The position numbers and the translations under genes were made by a program. Positions 44,265 through 52,992 of a DNA stretch of 64,000 nt are shown here, one piece after another (within the stretch, counting starts at the first letter, position 1; each line of letters begins with the position of its first letter). Under the pieces are notes generated by a model. The model ran no database searches and was not told where the DNA came from. It saw only the letters and a list, made by a program, of their open reading frames with translations. The DNA is taken from positions 1-64,000 of the IMG/VR virus record IMGVR_UViG_3300047160_014545. The stretch is one strand, 5' to 3'. The stretch comes from a virus (taxonomy: Duplodnaviria; Caudoviricetes).

Positions 44265-44517
44265 TGGCCCACTCGAGAATTTTGCGCGCAAGCGCCAGCG
44301 TGGCGTTCCTGCCGCGTCCGCCTCTGCCTGCGAACGGAAAGAAATCACAGATTTTATTCCCCGTGGCATCGACGATGCTTAGATACCCGTGGCTTTGGAT
44401 GTTGTGCTCTTCCAGCCGCCAAGGATGCGGCGCGTCTCGACTCGAGCTTGGGGTCGTCTCATCCGCCATGCTGCACCCCCTCTTACCTCGGCCTGAGGGA
44501 TCGATCGTTTCTGTCAT
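44248..44517 (-). CDS. Hypothetical early protein
   Basis: P.PW.......Y.SI.DA.G..IC.F pattern; ATGA-coupled. Confidence 0.5.
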   Translation of the reverse strand: MTETIDPSGRGKRGCSMADETTPSSSRDAPHPWRLEEHNIQSHGYLSIVDATGNKICDFFPFAGRGGRGRNATLALARKILEWANARES

Positions 44518-44678
44518 GTCACACCCTCTTTAATTTCAGCTTGGATTGCGTAAAAAATCCTCTCCCATGCAGCGGCAGACAGATCTCCCGGCGCAGTAAT
44601 CGCCAGCAGCTGAATCAAACCATCCCGAAGCTCCGCAACAGACAAGTAGCGATCGGTCGTCTGCTTTGCGTCGCTCAT
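44514..44678 (-). CDS. Hypothetical 54-aa protein (not in the ORF track)
   Basis: GAGGGGG RBS; MSDAKQTTDRYLSVAELRDGLIQLL...; ATGA overlap downstream. Confidence 0.5.
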   Translation of the reverse strand: MSDAKQTTDRYLSVAELRDGLIQLLAITAPGDLSAAAWERIFYAIQAEIKEGVT

Positions 44679-44688
44679 ACTACCCCCC

Positions 44689-45639
44689 TCAAATCACCGC
44701 CGATATCACGGCAGAGATAGATTTACCGCCCTGATCGGCGGTTATTTTTAGTGAATGGTCCCCCTGATCCGCCGATGTCAGCGCTTGCGCTGTGACCAGG
44801 ATCGAGCCAGAGATGCGGAAGAGGGGACTACCACTGACCGACAATGTTCCGGTAAATGCCGAACCATCGGACATAACGACTCCGATCGTGGTCACTAGAG
44901 TGCCAATAGGGGAGGTCGGTGGTATTTGCGCACTTTCTGGCGAGAAGGTGATATCAGATGGAGTTGCTCCAGCGACTACAGCTGAGGTGGCCCATACGGT
45001 TTGGGTGGCGGACATCGCTAAAACATTTGAAACCAGCGACAAGTATTCATTAGTTCTATCATTTAGAATTGTATAGCCGCCGCCGCTGGCTTTGATTGTC
45101 CAGGTGTCACCGGTGGCATTTTCTGTTACCGTGCCGTCGTTGGCGTCCGCCATAAAAGCTCCGGTAATTTGCCCACCGCCGCTTGCGACCAAAACATTAC
45201 TCAGTTTTGAACCATCCCACACCCATTGTTGGCCGGTGCCAGTATTGGTTGGATAAATCTGCACGTATGGTGTAGCGCCCCAATATCCGTGCCCGCCGTC
45301 GACCGAATCGCTACCAGACGCAAAATTATAAGTCCCGTTAGCCAGAGATTGAATGGGAGGGATAGTGGCGGCGGTAACGGTTACAGGAAATATAGCATTT
45401 CCCGAATCCACAGGGCTAGCGCTTGTTCCATTGATGCCTACGGAATAATGCCCCGCTAAAATCGGAGTGACTCTTGTTACTAAATTACTCCCCGATATCT
45501 CAAAAAGATCTCCCCCTGTGACTATTGTATAGGCACAGGTTATCACCGTGCCCGGTGGTTGCTGCGCGCTGAGCACGCCCACCACTGTCCCCTTATTTGC
45601 GTTGGCGGCGATCGTTAGATTGCTGATACCAATAATCAT
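44689..45639 (-). CDS. Cadherin/Ig-like plus ricin-B-like lectin-repeat protein
   Basis: Two cadherin-like modules (GTVVG.LS...FEISG.NLVT; GTLVTTIGV...FRISG.ILVT) flanking QxW-like repeats (GQQWVWD, DTWTI, QTVW). Confidence 0.65.
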   Translation of the reverse strand: MIIGISNLTIAANANKGTVVGVLSAQQPPGTVITCAYTIVTGGDLFEISGSNLVTRVTPILAGHYSVGINGTSASPVDSGNAIFPVTVTAATIPPIQSLANGTYNFASGSDSVDGGHGYWGATPYVQIYPTNTGTGQQWVWDGSKLSNVLVASGGGQITGAFMADANDGTVTENATGDTWTIKASGGGYTILNDRTNEYLSLVSNVLAMSATQTVWATSAVVAGATPSDITFSPESAQIPPTSPIGTLVTTIGVVMSDGSAFTGTLSVSGSPLFRISGSILVTAQALTSADQGDHSLKITADQGGKSISAVISAVI

Positions 45640-45658
45640 GGAATCTCTCCTTCTCTTA

Positions 45659-45787
45659 TCACTCGGGCCACGGATTGGGCGGTCGCGGCTTTTTTACCTT
45701 ATCCGGTTTGTATTTGCGTAGTTGTTTTTGCCGTTTCATGCGTCTGGATTCGGCGGTGTAGGGTTTCGTCGGGCGAAATTTTCTCAT
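45659..45787 (-). CDS. 42-aa highly basic micro-protein
   Basis: MRKFRPTKPYTAESRRMKRQKQLRKYKPDKVKKPRPPNPWPE; ATGA-coupled. Confidence 0.4.
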   Translation of the reverse strand: MRKFRPTKPYTAESRRMKRQKQLRKYKPDKVKKPRPPNPWPE

Positions 45788-46296
45788 TTTCCCTCTCGCA
45801 CCGTCACGTCACGATAGGCAGCCTCGGGCAGCCATTCACCAGAACGCGTGCGGATGACGCATTCCTGTAGCGGGCCCCAAGATGTCTCGATGCCAGCGGC
45901 TCGCCAGCGGCTGTGACAGCTGGCCGCCGCTAACCACATGCATCCGCCGACCATGATTGACAGCACACAAACACAAATACTCGCAAATGTAGCAAACCCA
46001 ACCCAATCTCTAGTATGTCCATATTCGTCATAAAATAGCCTCGGCAGCTTGCGGCGCTTTCTTCCTCCTTTGAACTGATCCTGAGCATCTCGAATAATCT
46101 CATCAAAGGCCTTGTCCGCTGCAGCTAGCTCGGCATAGGAACTAAGTAGATTTATCGGCTGCGGAACGATTCTGATTTTCCCGCATTCTACGCATTTCTT
46201 GTTTGGCCGTATTTGCCCGCTCATTAGCGGCAAACTAATCCAATTAGAATGGTCGCATCTTTGCGTCAACGCACGGTCTTTATCGTCCTTTGTCAT
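45784..46296 (-). CDS. Hypothetical protein with one TM segment
   Basis: WVGFATFASICVCVLSIMVGGCMWLAA; ATGA-coupled to the HTH gene. Confidence 0.5.
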   Translation of the reverse strand: MTKDDKDRALTQRCDHSNWISLPLMSGQIRPNKKCVECGKIRIVPQPINLLSSYAELAAADKAFDEIIRDAQDQFKGGRKRRKLPRLFYDEYGHTRDWVGFATFASICVCVLSIMVGGCMWLAAASCHSRWRAAGIETSWGPLQECVIRTRSGEWLPEAAYRDVTVREGK

Positions 46297-46493
46297 TTTT
46301 CCTCTCCATTTTTTAGCTGTTCGGGATGCTCGAGCAGATAGGCCATCGCCAGGCGCACCACGCGCGGCACCGGGTGACCGATATCGCCCGCCTCGTAATA
46401 GGCGATGGTGCGCAGCCCGAGATCGAGGGCGGCACCCGCCTGCGGCTGGGTGAGCCCGAGCTCACGCCGCCATTTCTTGAGGGTGAGTTCCAT
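46293..46493 (-). CDS. XRE/Cro-type HTH regulator
   Basis: LKKWRRELGLTQPQAGAALDLGLRTIAYYEAG. Confidence 0.85.
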   Translation of the reverse strand: MELTLKKWRRELGLTQPQAGAALDLGLRTIAYYEAGDIGHPVPRVVRLAMAYLLEHPEQLKNGEEK

Positions 46494-46497
46494 TTAT

Positions 46498-46806
46498 TCA
46501 TCTTTCTTTTGCAGCGGGATCGTCCGGCTGATTGCTGTCATCCCAGCCAAACGGCGACGGCAACTTATCGTAATACCGCGCAAAAATTACCCTGTCGTTA
46601 GGCGCTATTTCGCTCGCGGCACGCTGGTCCCAGGTTCGATGAATAAAGTCCGGCAATCCGAATACCGCTATCGCACGGTGATATTGACCGCTCTCGGCAA
46701 ACCCTACGAAGTGAGCCGCTGTCGGTGCATCAGCAAAGACATCATCCACCGGCGCACGATGCAACCTCACGCACAGTACCCGCTCAAAACAGAGGAATTT
46801 GTTCAT
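46498..46806 (-). CDS. Conserved hypothetical phage protein
   Basis: HFVGF....Y.RA..VFG.PDFIHR.WD.RA..EIAP.D.VIFA pattern; start uncertain. Confidence 0.55.
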   Translation of the reverse strand: MNKFLCFERVLCVRLHRAPVDDVFADAPTAAHFVGFAESGQYHRAIAVFGLPDFIHRTWDQRAASEIAPNDRVIFARYYDKLPSPFGWDDSNQPDDPAAKER

Positions 46807-46837
46807 ACAGGGCTCCGCGGAGGCGGGACAAATAGCA

Positions 46838-47176
46838 TCAGAGGGCTTTGGTTTCATTCCAGAGTCCCATAAGCGGCAAAGGACGAAAATCGTCGTTGCC
46901 GAAAGCCGCCGCAAGATCAACCGGGACACCATTCATCCCAGCTGATATCGCGGACAAGAACCGCGCAGATCGGGTGATTTGTTCTTTTTCCTTCTCATCT
47001 GTGGTTTCTAAATGAGCGGCAGTCAATGCTGCTGTGAACCGCAAATCATCATCCGTAGACAGCCAAAATTGATGCGCCGCCCTCATCGCTTTACGCAGAC
47101 GCTCTGTAAGAGCCGGCTCATTCGCACATTCCGGTCTAATAGATGTAACAGCTATCATCAAAACGGCGTTATTCAT
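46838..47176 (-). CDS. Hypothetical protein
   Basis: ATGA-coupled to the upstream gene. Confidence 0.5.
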   Translation of the reverse strand: MNNAVLMIAVTSIRPECANEPALTERLRKAMRAAHQFWLSTDDDLRFTAALTAAHLETTDEKEKEQITRSARFLSAISAGMNGVPVDLAAAFGNDDFRPLPLMGLWNETKAL

Positions 47177-47979
47177 GCTGCCGCCCTCCGACCATCGGCC
47201 AGCACCTCACCATAATAGTCGGCAACAATCTTATTTGCCTTGGCGACAAGGTCCGGCTTTTTGAAGATGACGTGTAGATTGCCGTTGCGATACAGCTGGA
47301 ACCGGAAATATTCGGTCTCGCATTCCCGCTCGTGCTTGTGGCTGGCCTCGCCGACAACGGTTCCGGCATCGTTCAGGTGAGACGGCGGCTGTTTGCCGTC
47401 GAGCACATGAAACATGCGGTCGACATCGGCCACCAGGTCGCGCTTGTAGCCGTAGAACCCGCCGTGCTGCGACAATGCGTAATCGAGGATCATTTTCTTG
47501 CCCAGCCGAAACGCGTCGTTGTTCGCATAGTGCCGGCTCAACTTTTTGAACACATTGACCAGGCTCTGCTGCAGGATCGAGCCGCGGCGGTCACGCAGGC
47601 CGGTAAACGTGCTGATCAAGTTGTCGAGCGTCACCTCGGGCGGATCCTTGCGGACCTGCTCCTGGAATGCTTTGAGCGTCTCCGCGTCCATCAGCGATTT
47701 AAGCTCGGTGGCACCGATGAGATAGGTCCATACGTCGCAGTCGACCTCGCGCTTGACTTCCTCCATCGCCTTGTCGACCGAGGAATAACGCAGATCGACC
47801 GCACCGCGCTGGCTTAGGCTCTCAGGGAAATACGAACCGGGTGCCGCAAGCTTCTGCGCCTCGTGCGCCTTGCTGATCCATTCGAGCCCGAGCTTGAAAT
47901 ACTCCAGCGCCCGATTGCGGTGGCCGATTAATTCCTCGGCCGAGCCCTTGCGAATGATTTCGTGGCTGGTTGAGATCAC
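47173..47979 (-). CDS. DUF4942-like protein
   Basis: W.YL...T.L..LMDA.T...F.EQ...PE.T.DN...TF..L...V.VFK.LS..Y..N..F.LGKK.I...D..R.FH.LDGK.P...E.EYF....Y.NG..H..F. Confidence 0.75.
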   Translation of the reverse strand: MISTSHEIIRKGSAEELIGHRNRALEYFKLGLEWISKAHEAQKLAAPGSYFPESLSQRGAVDLRYSSVDKAMEEVKREVDCDVWTYLIGATELKSLMDAETLKAFQEQVRKDPPEVTLDNLISTFTGLRDRRGSILQQSLVNVFKKLSRHYANNDAFRLGKKMILDYALSQHGGFYGYKRDLVADVDRMFHVLDGKQPPSHLNDAGTVVGEASHKHERECETEYFRFQLYRNGNLHVIFKKPDLVAKANKIVADYYGEVLADGRRAAA

Positions 47980-47988
47980 TTTCTTCCC

Positions 47989-48189
47989 CTATGTGCGTTC
48001 GAGAACTTCGGGGCGGCCACTGTGCGCCCCTCGAATCAATACGCTGCTGCCATCGTCGAAAATGACGACCTCGCCGCTCAAACCGTGCGATCGCTCGCCG
48101 CCTAATTCTGTCGCATACTGAAACAACACCGTTCGATAATCCAGCCCGTTGTCTCGCACGGCTTTTGCAAATTCATAAGCCTTCGTCAT
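47989..48189 (-). CDS. Hypothetical early protein
   Basis: AGGAAGGAAAG RBS. Confidence 0.5.
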   Translation of the reverse strand: MTKAYEFAKAVRDNGLDYRTVLFQYATELGGERSHGLSGEVVIFDDGSSVLIRGAHSGRPEVLERT

Positions 48190-48206
48190 CTTTCCTTCCT
48201 TGTCCC

Positions 48207-48572
48207 CTATAGCTCGCGCCAGGACGTAAACCCGTGGCGCTCATGGCCGTATTCCCGGCAATTCTGGCAGAACGCCATATGAAATTGCTCGTCTTCCTTC
48301 GGATGATAATTCAGCCCCGGCATGGCTCGAGCCTGGCGAGAGGCAATCCACACCGCTGGCGCGCCGCATTCATGCCCATAGGTACCCATTTGCGCATTTT
48401 GACAGAACGCATGCGCGACCAAAAAATCAATCGCCGCATCCCGATCCGGAAACCGCTGATTTGTATGGGTGCAGACAAATTCATCGCGGATGCAGGACAC
48501 CGTCCCACGATAATGCCCGTCGACAGAAATCGACCAGTCGCGCTCAGAGCGCTGATTTATTTCGGTTGCCAT
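48207..48572 (-). CDS. Hypothetical early protein (Cys/His-containing)
   Basis: GTYGHECG.PA.W...FC..C motif. Confidence 0.55.
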   Translation of the reverse strand: MATEINQRSERDWSISVDGHYRGTVSCIRDEFVCTHTNQRFPDRDAAIDFLVAHAFCQNAQMGTYGHECGAPAVWIASRQARAMPGLNYHPKEDEQFHMAFCQNCREYGHERHGFTSWREL

Positions 48573-48579
48573 TTTAAAC

Positions 48580-48876
48580 CTACGCTGTCGGGCAAATCGG
48601 CAGATGCCGGCACGCTCGCCATAAGAGTGAGCGAAGATGCGCCCGCGGAACCGCCATCGCGCGACTCCCCTGGGCGGGGAAATGCACGACATCGAGACCC
48701 GCCAGCGGCGTGTCCGATATCACCAGCTTGCCCGGCTCGCTGCCTTTCGATGGGATCACAAAGATGGCGATATCGTTCGAGTAACCGCGCATCCGAAATG
48801 CCGAGTCCAGTGATGCCTGAACAGACGCCGTTTCCTGGTCAATCCAGGCGTTGTAAGAAAAATCTCCGTAGCTCAT
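48580..48876 (-). CDS. Hypothetical early protein
   Basis: GGAGAGGG RBS. Confidence 0.5.
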   Translation of the reverse strand: MSYGDFSYNAWIDQETASVQASLDSAFRMRGYSNDIAIFVIPSKGSEPGKLVISDTPLAGLDVVHFPAQGSRAMAVPRAHLRSLLWRACRHLPICPTA

Positions 48877-48904
48877 CGTCAGTCCCTCTCCGCTAGGAGG
48901 TCCG

Positions 48905-49090
48905 TTAGCCAAGCCGGTAATAGCTGCTGCCGACATATGTACCGTGCAGCCCGGCTAGGTCTTCCAGCCGGTCGTATTCCTTTTGCTCCTTCCGAGTCCG
49001 CTCTTCAGCGTAGGTCGGCAGTAGCAGTTCGGCAAAAACGCTTGGCGTTGATACATGGAAAAACTTATAGCCTTCTGGTGCGTAGTTCAT
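48905..49090 (-). CDS. Hypothetical early protein
   Basis: Tiled ORF. Confidence 0.4.
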   Translation of the reverse strand: MNYAPEGYKFFHVSTPSVFAELLLPTYAEERTRKEQKEYDRLEDLAGLHGTYVGSSYYRLG

Positions 49091-49092
49091 TT

Positions 49093-49914
49093 CTATAATC
49101 CCCATTTCTCGGCACAAATCGGGCCTATGCCAGCCTCGATTGATTTCCCGACGGTTAGTGTTCTGCCGCAGCATGAGCAGGTGCCGGTGCGCTGCCCATA
49201 GCGAACCGCCTCGCCTCGCGGGTCGGCGGCGATATCCGAAAGCGCGGGAGCCAATTTGCCGGTGTAGGCGGTGCCGATGATTTTTCCGAGATAATCATCG
49301 TTCTCGCTCTTGACGTAGAGAGCACCGGGATTTTTCCCGATGTCGGACGCCCGAGTGATGATGAGCCCCGCCGCCCGATACACAGGGCGCTTGTAGCCGT
49401 TGGCGCGCGCCGCCTCGAACATGGTACGGATCGGCGATAGGTCTACCACCGCATCGCCCGCATGCCGCTCAGCGGCTCTCTCCGCCGTCCGGACCGCTAC
49501 TTTGGCGGCCATGCTGCGGACCGCCCGCACTTGCCCATCTGTAAGACTGCCATATTCGGTTAGCTTGCTCGCCAATTCGACCACAAACGGCGACCACGTG
49601 TTCTGCGCCAGGAAGGGCGCGACATCAGGATATTGCTCGTCAAAAGCCGCACGCGCCTCGGCGAGCCGGCGCGCCTTGCTGGCGGCTTTTTGCGCCCGGG
49701 CCTTTTGCCGATCGCGTTCACTTGTCAAAAAATATCCCTTGCCGCTGCACGCAAAACAATCGCTGCGCGTCTGATGCGTGCGCACGCCACGGTATTTTCC
49801 GGTGCCGCCACAGGCCTGGCAGGGAAAGCGCTCGGTCTTCGCATCCGGACCGCGCTTCTCGCTGACAACCGCGGTGTCGAGATCGTCAGCCGGGAAATCG
49901 TCTTGCAAGGTCAT
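49093..49914 (-). CDS. Zn-finger protein with a C-terminal DUF6011-like domain
   Basis: C..CGGTG ... CF.C.GKG; C-terminal YG..TG.CSCCGRTLT...SIE.GIGPICAEK. Confidence 0.75.
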   Translation of the reverse strand: MTLQDDFPADDLDTAVVSEKRGPDAKTERFPCQACGGTGKYRGVRTHQTRSDCFACSGKGYFLTSERDRQKARAQKAASKARRLAEARAAFDEQYPDVAPFLAQNTWSPFVVELASKLTEYGSLTDGQVRAVRSMAAKVAVRTAERAAERHAGDAVVDLSPIRTMFEAARANGYKRPVYRAAGLIITRASDIGKNPGALYVKSENDDYLGKIIGTAYTGKLAPALSDIAADPRGEAVRYGQRTGTCSCCGRTLTVGKSIEAGIGPICAEKWGL

Positions 49915-50138
49915 CACAATAATCCCATCGCGATTGCGAGTGAGCAGAACGGACGCCAATCTTTGGGTTTCGCCAAGGCTGTAGGGAAAGGAATGAGCCG
50001 CACGAGGCGCGGTTGCATATGAGCGGTGTCGATAATCAAAGTGCGATCATCGCATGTCAGAACCGGGCAGGGCGCGGGACCGGAAACAGATTTGCGGCGG
50101 GGATGATAAACGCTGATTTCCATCGCAGCTATCTCCGC

Positions 50139-50453
50139 TTAAAGATGCGTGTAGAGCCCGGTGAGCCGGGTGAAGGATTCTTGTAAATCGTCGCAATAGA
50201 TGGCGCTCTCTGAAGCGATGACCTTGATCAGGTTTGCCGCCCGCGCCGAGCAGCGGAAAGCCTCGACGGTATAGGTGTCGCTCGGGTCGAGAGTGACGCG
50301 AACATGCGTCACCCGGGCCTCGCCGTGGCGGGCATTTGGCACCCGCATCGAAAGATAATTTTCGCCGCCGACAAAGCTATTTGCGCCGGTCATCACCTGG
50401 AACCGCCGGCCGCCAAGCTGCTGAAGGATGATTTGCGGAACTTCGTGCATCAT
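50139..50453 (-). CDS. Conserved hypothetical phage early protein
   Basis: IL.QLGGRRF.VMTGA..F...V.V.LD.SDTY.VE...IYCD.LQ..F...TGL.T.L. Confidence 0.7.
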   Translation of the reverse strand: MMHEVPQIILQQLGGRRFQVMTGANSFVGGENYLSMRVPNARHGEARVTHVRVTLDPSDTYTVEAFRCSARAANLIKVIASESAIYCDDLQESFTRLTGLYTHL

Positions 50454-50644
50454 TCGCCTCCGCGCATAAGCAGCGAGAGAGGCGCGGCACCGCCGCCGAC
50501 CAAATAACGCCCTTGCCGCTGCAACGCATCGAGCGCCTCGATATATTCCGGATCGTCGCGGTCGAGCGCCTCATCAAGATCGCACTCGCCCTCAAGCGTT
50601 TGAGTGCCGGTGTTTTGATCGATCGTATAAATCTTAATTTTCAT
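50450..50644 (-). CDS. Hypothetical early protein
   Basis: First gene after the leftward promoter; AAAGGA RBS. Confidence 0.6.
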   Translation of the reverse strand: MKIKIYTIDQNTGTQTLEGECDLDEALDRDDPEYIEALDALQRQGRYLVGGGAAPLSLLMRGGE

Positions 50645-50684
50645 CGCAGGGATCCTTTGTTTTCGTTCGCTTTCGATAACGCAT

Positions 50685-50713
50685 CATATGCATCGCGTCG
50701 GCGGGCATGTCAA
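50685..50713 (-). promoter_or_regulatory. Leftward sigma70-type promoter TTGACA-N17-CATATG
   Basis: Perfect -35, 17-nt spacer, alphaproteobacterial-style -10; upstream A-tract. Confidence 0.7.
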
Positions 50714-50812
50714 CCATTTTTTTGGCGTGCGCGCGATTTTTTCCGGGCGGAAAATCGAGGGAACCCGCCGAAAACGGCTCCGGAATATTTTTTGTTTTTC
50801 CGAAAAAATATG

Positions 50813-50841
50813 TTGACACCCGTCTCCGAAAGACGCATATT
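50813..50841 (+). promoter_or_regulatory. Rightward sigma70-type promoter TTGACA-N17-CATATT with a spacer inverted repeat CGTCT-N5-AGACG
   Basis: Read directly from the sequence; AT-rich UP-like element. Confidence 0.7.
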
Positions 50842-50886
50842 ATTCATGCAAACACGACGACACCACCCTTTAAGGAGCACCCGCAA

Positions 50887-51120
50887 ATGGCGAAGATGAC
50901 CGAACAACAAACCCGCCGCGCCCTGCTCGCGATATGCGATGCGCTCGTCGAATCCGTACAGGCGGCCGGTTCGCTCGGTGCCCCGGCGGGCGTCATGTAT
51001 GCCGTGCTTATGCAGCATGGGTGCAGCCTCGATCAATTCAACCAATTGACGGGCGCGCTCGTTTCGCTCGGCAAGTTGCGCCGGCAAGGCGACCTGTTTT
51101 TCGTCGGCACGGAGGCCTGA
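50887..51120 (+). CDS. Hypothetical early protein (winged-helix-like)
   Basis: TAAGGAG RBS; GAP.GV.YA.LM..G.SL.QF..L...LV..G motif. Confidence 0.65.
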   Translation: MAKMTEQQTRRALLAICDALVESVQAAGSLGAPAGVMYAVLMQHGCSLDQFNQLTGALVSLGKLRRQGDLFFVGTEA

Positions 51121-51121
51121 A

Positions 51122-51472
51122 ATGCGCGGTTCATTCTACACCCCACGCGAAAGCCTGATCCCGAAAGGGGCGCAAAAGATTTCCGACAAGCTCTCGGATG
51201 CGGTCGCCTATCTCTACCCTGCCGGTAATGGCAAGCCTGCGATGATGGTCTTCTACGGCAAGCAGGCGAAGCCGGTGGCCCGATTCTTTTACGTCGATGA
51301 AGCGAGCCGCGAAGCGGCCGTAAAACGCTATTTTGATGCGCGCCAACAGCACAACGCCAGAAATATCGAAAGGGCCACTCCAGCGCTTCCCCAGGGGCTC
51401 GCAGACACCATCTCGCGGAACTGGGCCCGGAAGCGGTCGAGGCATTCCGCTCCGCCATGGAAGAATTCTTGA
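51122..51472 (+). CDS. Conserved phage protein, C-terminus probably truncated or fused
   Basis: GKP....F.GKQAKP.....Y..E..R...V..YF motif followed by a low-information tail. Confidence 0.55.
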   Translation: MRGSFYTPRESLIPKGAQKISDKLSDAVAYLYPAGNGKPAMMVFYGKQAKPVARFFYVDEASREAAVKRYFDARQQHNARNIERATPALPQGLADTISRNWARKRSRHSAPPWKNS

Positions 51473-51627
51473 CCAGCCCTGGCAAGATGCGCGCCTGGAA
51501 GAATGGTGACACTGACCGATTCACCTACCGCATTCAGGTGTTTCGCGTTTCGACAGCGAAGAGAAAGCTGCTGATTGGCATATCCGGTTTTCACGCAAGT
51601 CGGCCTAACTCCAAAGGAACCAAAAAA

Positions 51628-52353
51628 ATGGCTCAATCCCTGCAAATCGTTTCGTCCGAGAAATCCCGCCCGACAGCAAAGCGCCGCGGCATCAAGGCAT
51701 TCTCGGTCACCTCATTGTGCGGACACACCATGTATCCGCCGCCGGTAGCCTGTGCCGAATTTGCTGGCGGTGAAAAAATCCGCATGTCTTTCTGCCAGAT
51801 GGCGGGCAAGCCGTGGGACTTCACCCGAGCTCGGCGGCTCTTGGCGCAAACCATCGGCAACGAGCGCGGCCGCAGCACCCCGGTGCACCATAAGGATTTG
51901 GAAAACCTGCGGCGCAAGGTCGAGGCGGCGCGCACCCTGGCGGCTCGGCCTGGCTCGGCCGGCGAAGGCGATGCCGCGAAGCGCGCGCTGGCGCGGCTTT
52001 CGAAGTCGGAAAAGCTTCTCGCCGAGAAGCAGGCAATGGCAGCGGCCTTTGATGCGCTCAACGTTTACACCCGCGTCTATGCGCCCGCCACCGACTTTGT
52101 TTTGTTCTGGGTCGAGCACGACGGCAAGAGGATCGATCCAGCCAAGATCGAGGCACCCGCCAGAAAGGCGCTAGGGAGCCCCAGGAAGCGCGGAAGCTCC
52201 CCGGTGGCCATACCTACCCCGGAACCCGCAAAGAGACCTCGAAACCATGGAAAAAGGCGGCATAAAGATGGCCATGAGCATAATAATCGATCGCGCCTAC
52301 ATCGAGCAGCTCTCCTGGCGCTTCGCCCGGACCATGCCGCAATGGCCGCATGA
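51628..52353 (+). CDS. Hypothetical protein
   Basis: AAAGGA RBS before MAQSLQIV; I.MSF.Q..GKPWD motif. Confidence 0.5.
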   Translation: MAQSLQIVSSEKSRPTAKRRGIKAFSVTSLCGHTMYPPPVACAEFAGGEKIRMSFCQMAGKPWDFTRARRLLAQTIGNERGRSTPVHHKDLENLRRKVEAARTLAARPGSAGEGDAAKRALARLSKSEKLLAEKQAMAAAFDALNVYTRVYAPATDFVLFWVEHDGKRIDPAKIEAPARKALGSPRKRGSSPVAIPTPEPAKRPRNHGKRRHKDGHEHNNRSRLHRAALLALRPDHAAMAA

Positions 52354-52621
52354 GTACACGGTGCGGGCTCGGGACGGCTCGGCTCGGGATCATGCCTATT
52401 TAGTGCTGTGGCAAACCATCCGAGACCATGGCACCGAGGAAACTTTTACCGGCACCCGCCAGCCGTCGACCAAGAAATACCTCTATCCTGGTGACGGTTG
52501 GCGCTACTGGTTCGAAAATCCGGATCCGCACACAAGCCGGATAATCAACCGGAACCGGGTGGAGGAAGCGGAACGGCTGCGAGCTCTGGGGCTACTCTCC
52601 GCACGATCTTTGCCCGAGTAG
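52268..52621 (+). CDS. Conserved hypothetical protein (W.FA.TMP.WPHEYTVR)
   Basis: Recognisable motif; converges on the GNAT gene. Confidence 0.6.
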   Translation: MAMSIIIDRAYIEQLSWRFARTMPQWPHEYTVRARDGSARDHAYLVLWQTIRDHGTEETFTGTRQPSTKKYLYPGDGWRYWFENPDPHTSRIINRNRVEEAERLRALGLLSARSLPE

Positions 52622-52991
52622 CCAGCACCAGCCGGACCCGCGTCGCACCTGCGGTGGTTCGCTTTCCGACAACCTGGAAACCCTTGGCCGTATAATGTGA
52701 GGGATAGTAGGCATACGCATCGACATACGCGACGCGCCCGCGGCATTCCGCAATGTGTCGGTCAATTAACGCTCCAGCGACCCCCCGGCGCCGCCAAGCA
52801 CCATCGACCCACATGCCGCGAGACCGAGCGCGGCCGTTCGCCATTGTGAGCCCGCCCACCGCTACAATGACGCCATCCTGATATCCGGCAAACCATCGGG
52901 TGTTGGCCATCTCGCCAAGAGTGACGCGGTCCTTGGCAGCGGCTTTTTTCAGATGGGCGATTTCCTGATATGAAACCTCTTTAATTTTCAT
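52545..52991 (-). CDS. GNAT-family N-acetyltransferase
   Basis: Motif A WV...WRRRGVAGALI; Y.AKGF.V. Confidence 0.8.
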   Translation of the reverse strand: MKIKEVSYQEIAHLKKAAAKDRVTLGEMANTRWFAGYQDGVIVAVGGLTMANGRARSRGMWVDGAWRRRGVAGALIDRHIAECRGRVAYVDAYAYYPSHYTAKGFQVVGKRTTAGATRVRLVLATRAKIVRRVAPELAAVPLPPPGSG

Positions 52992-52992
52992 C

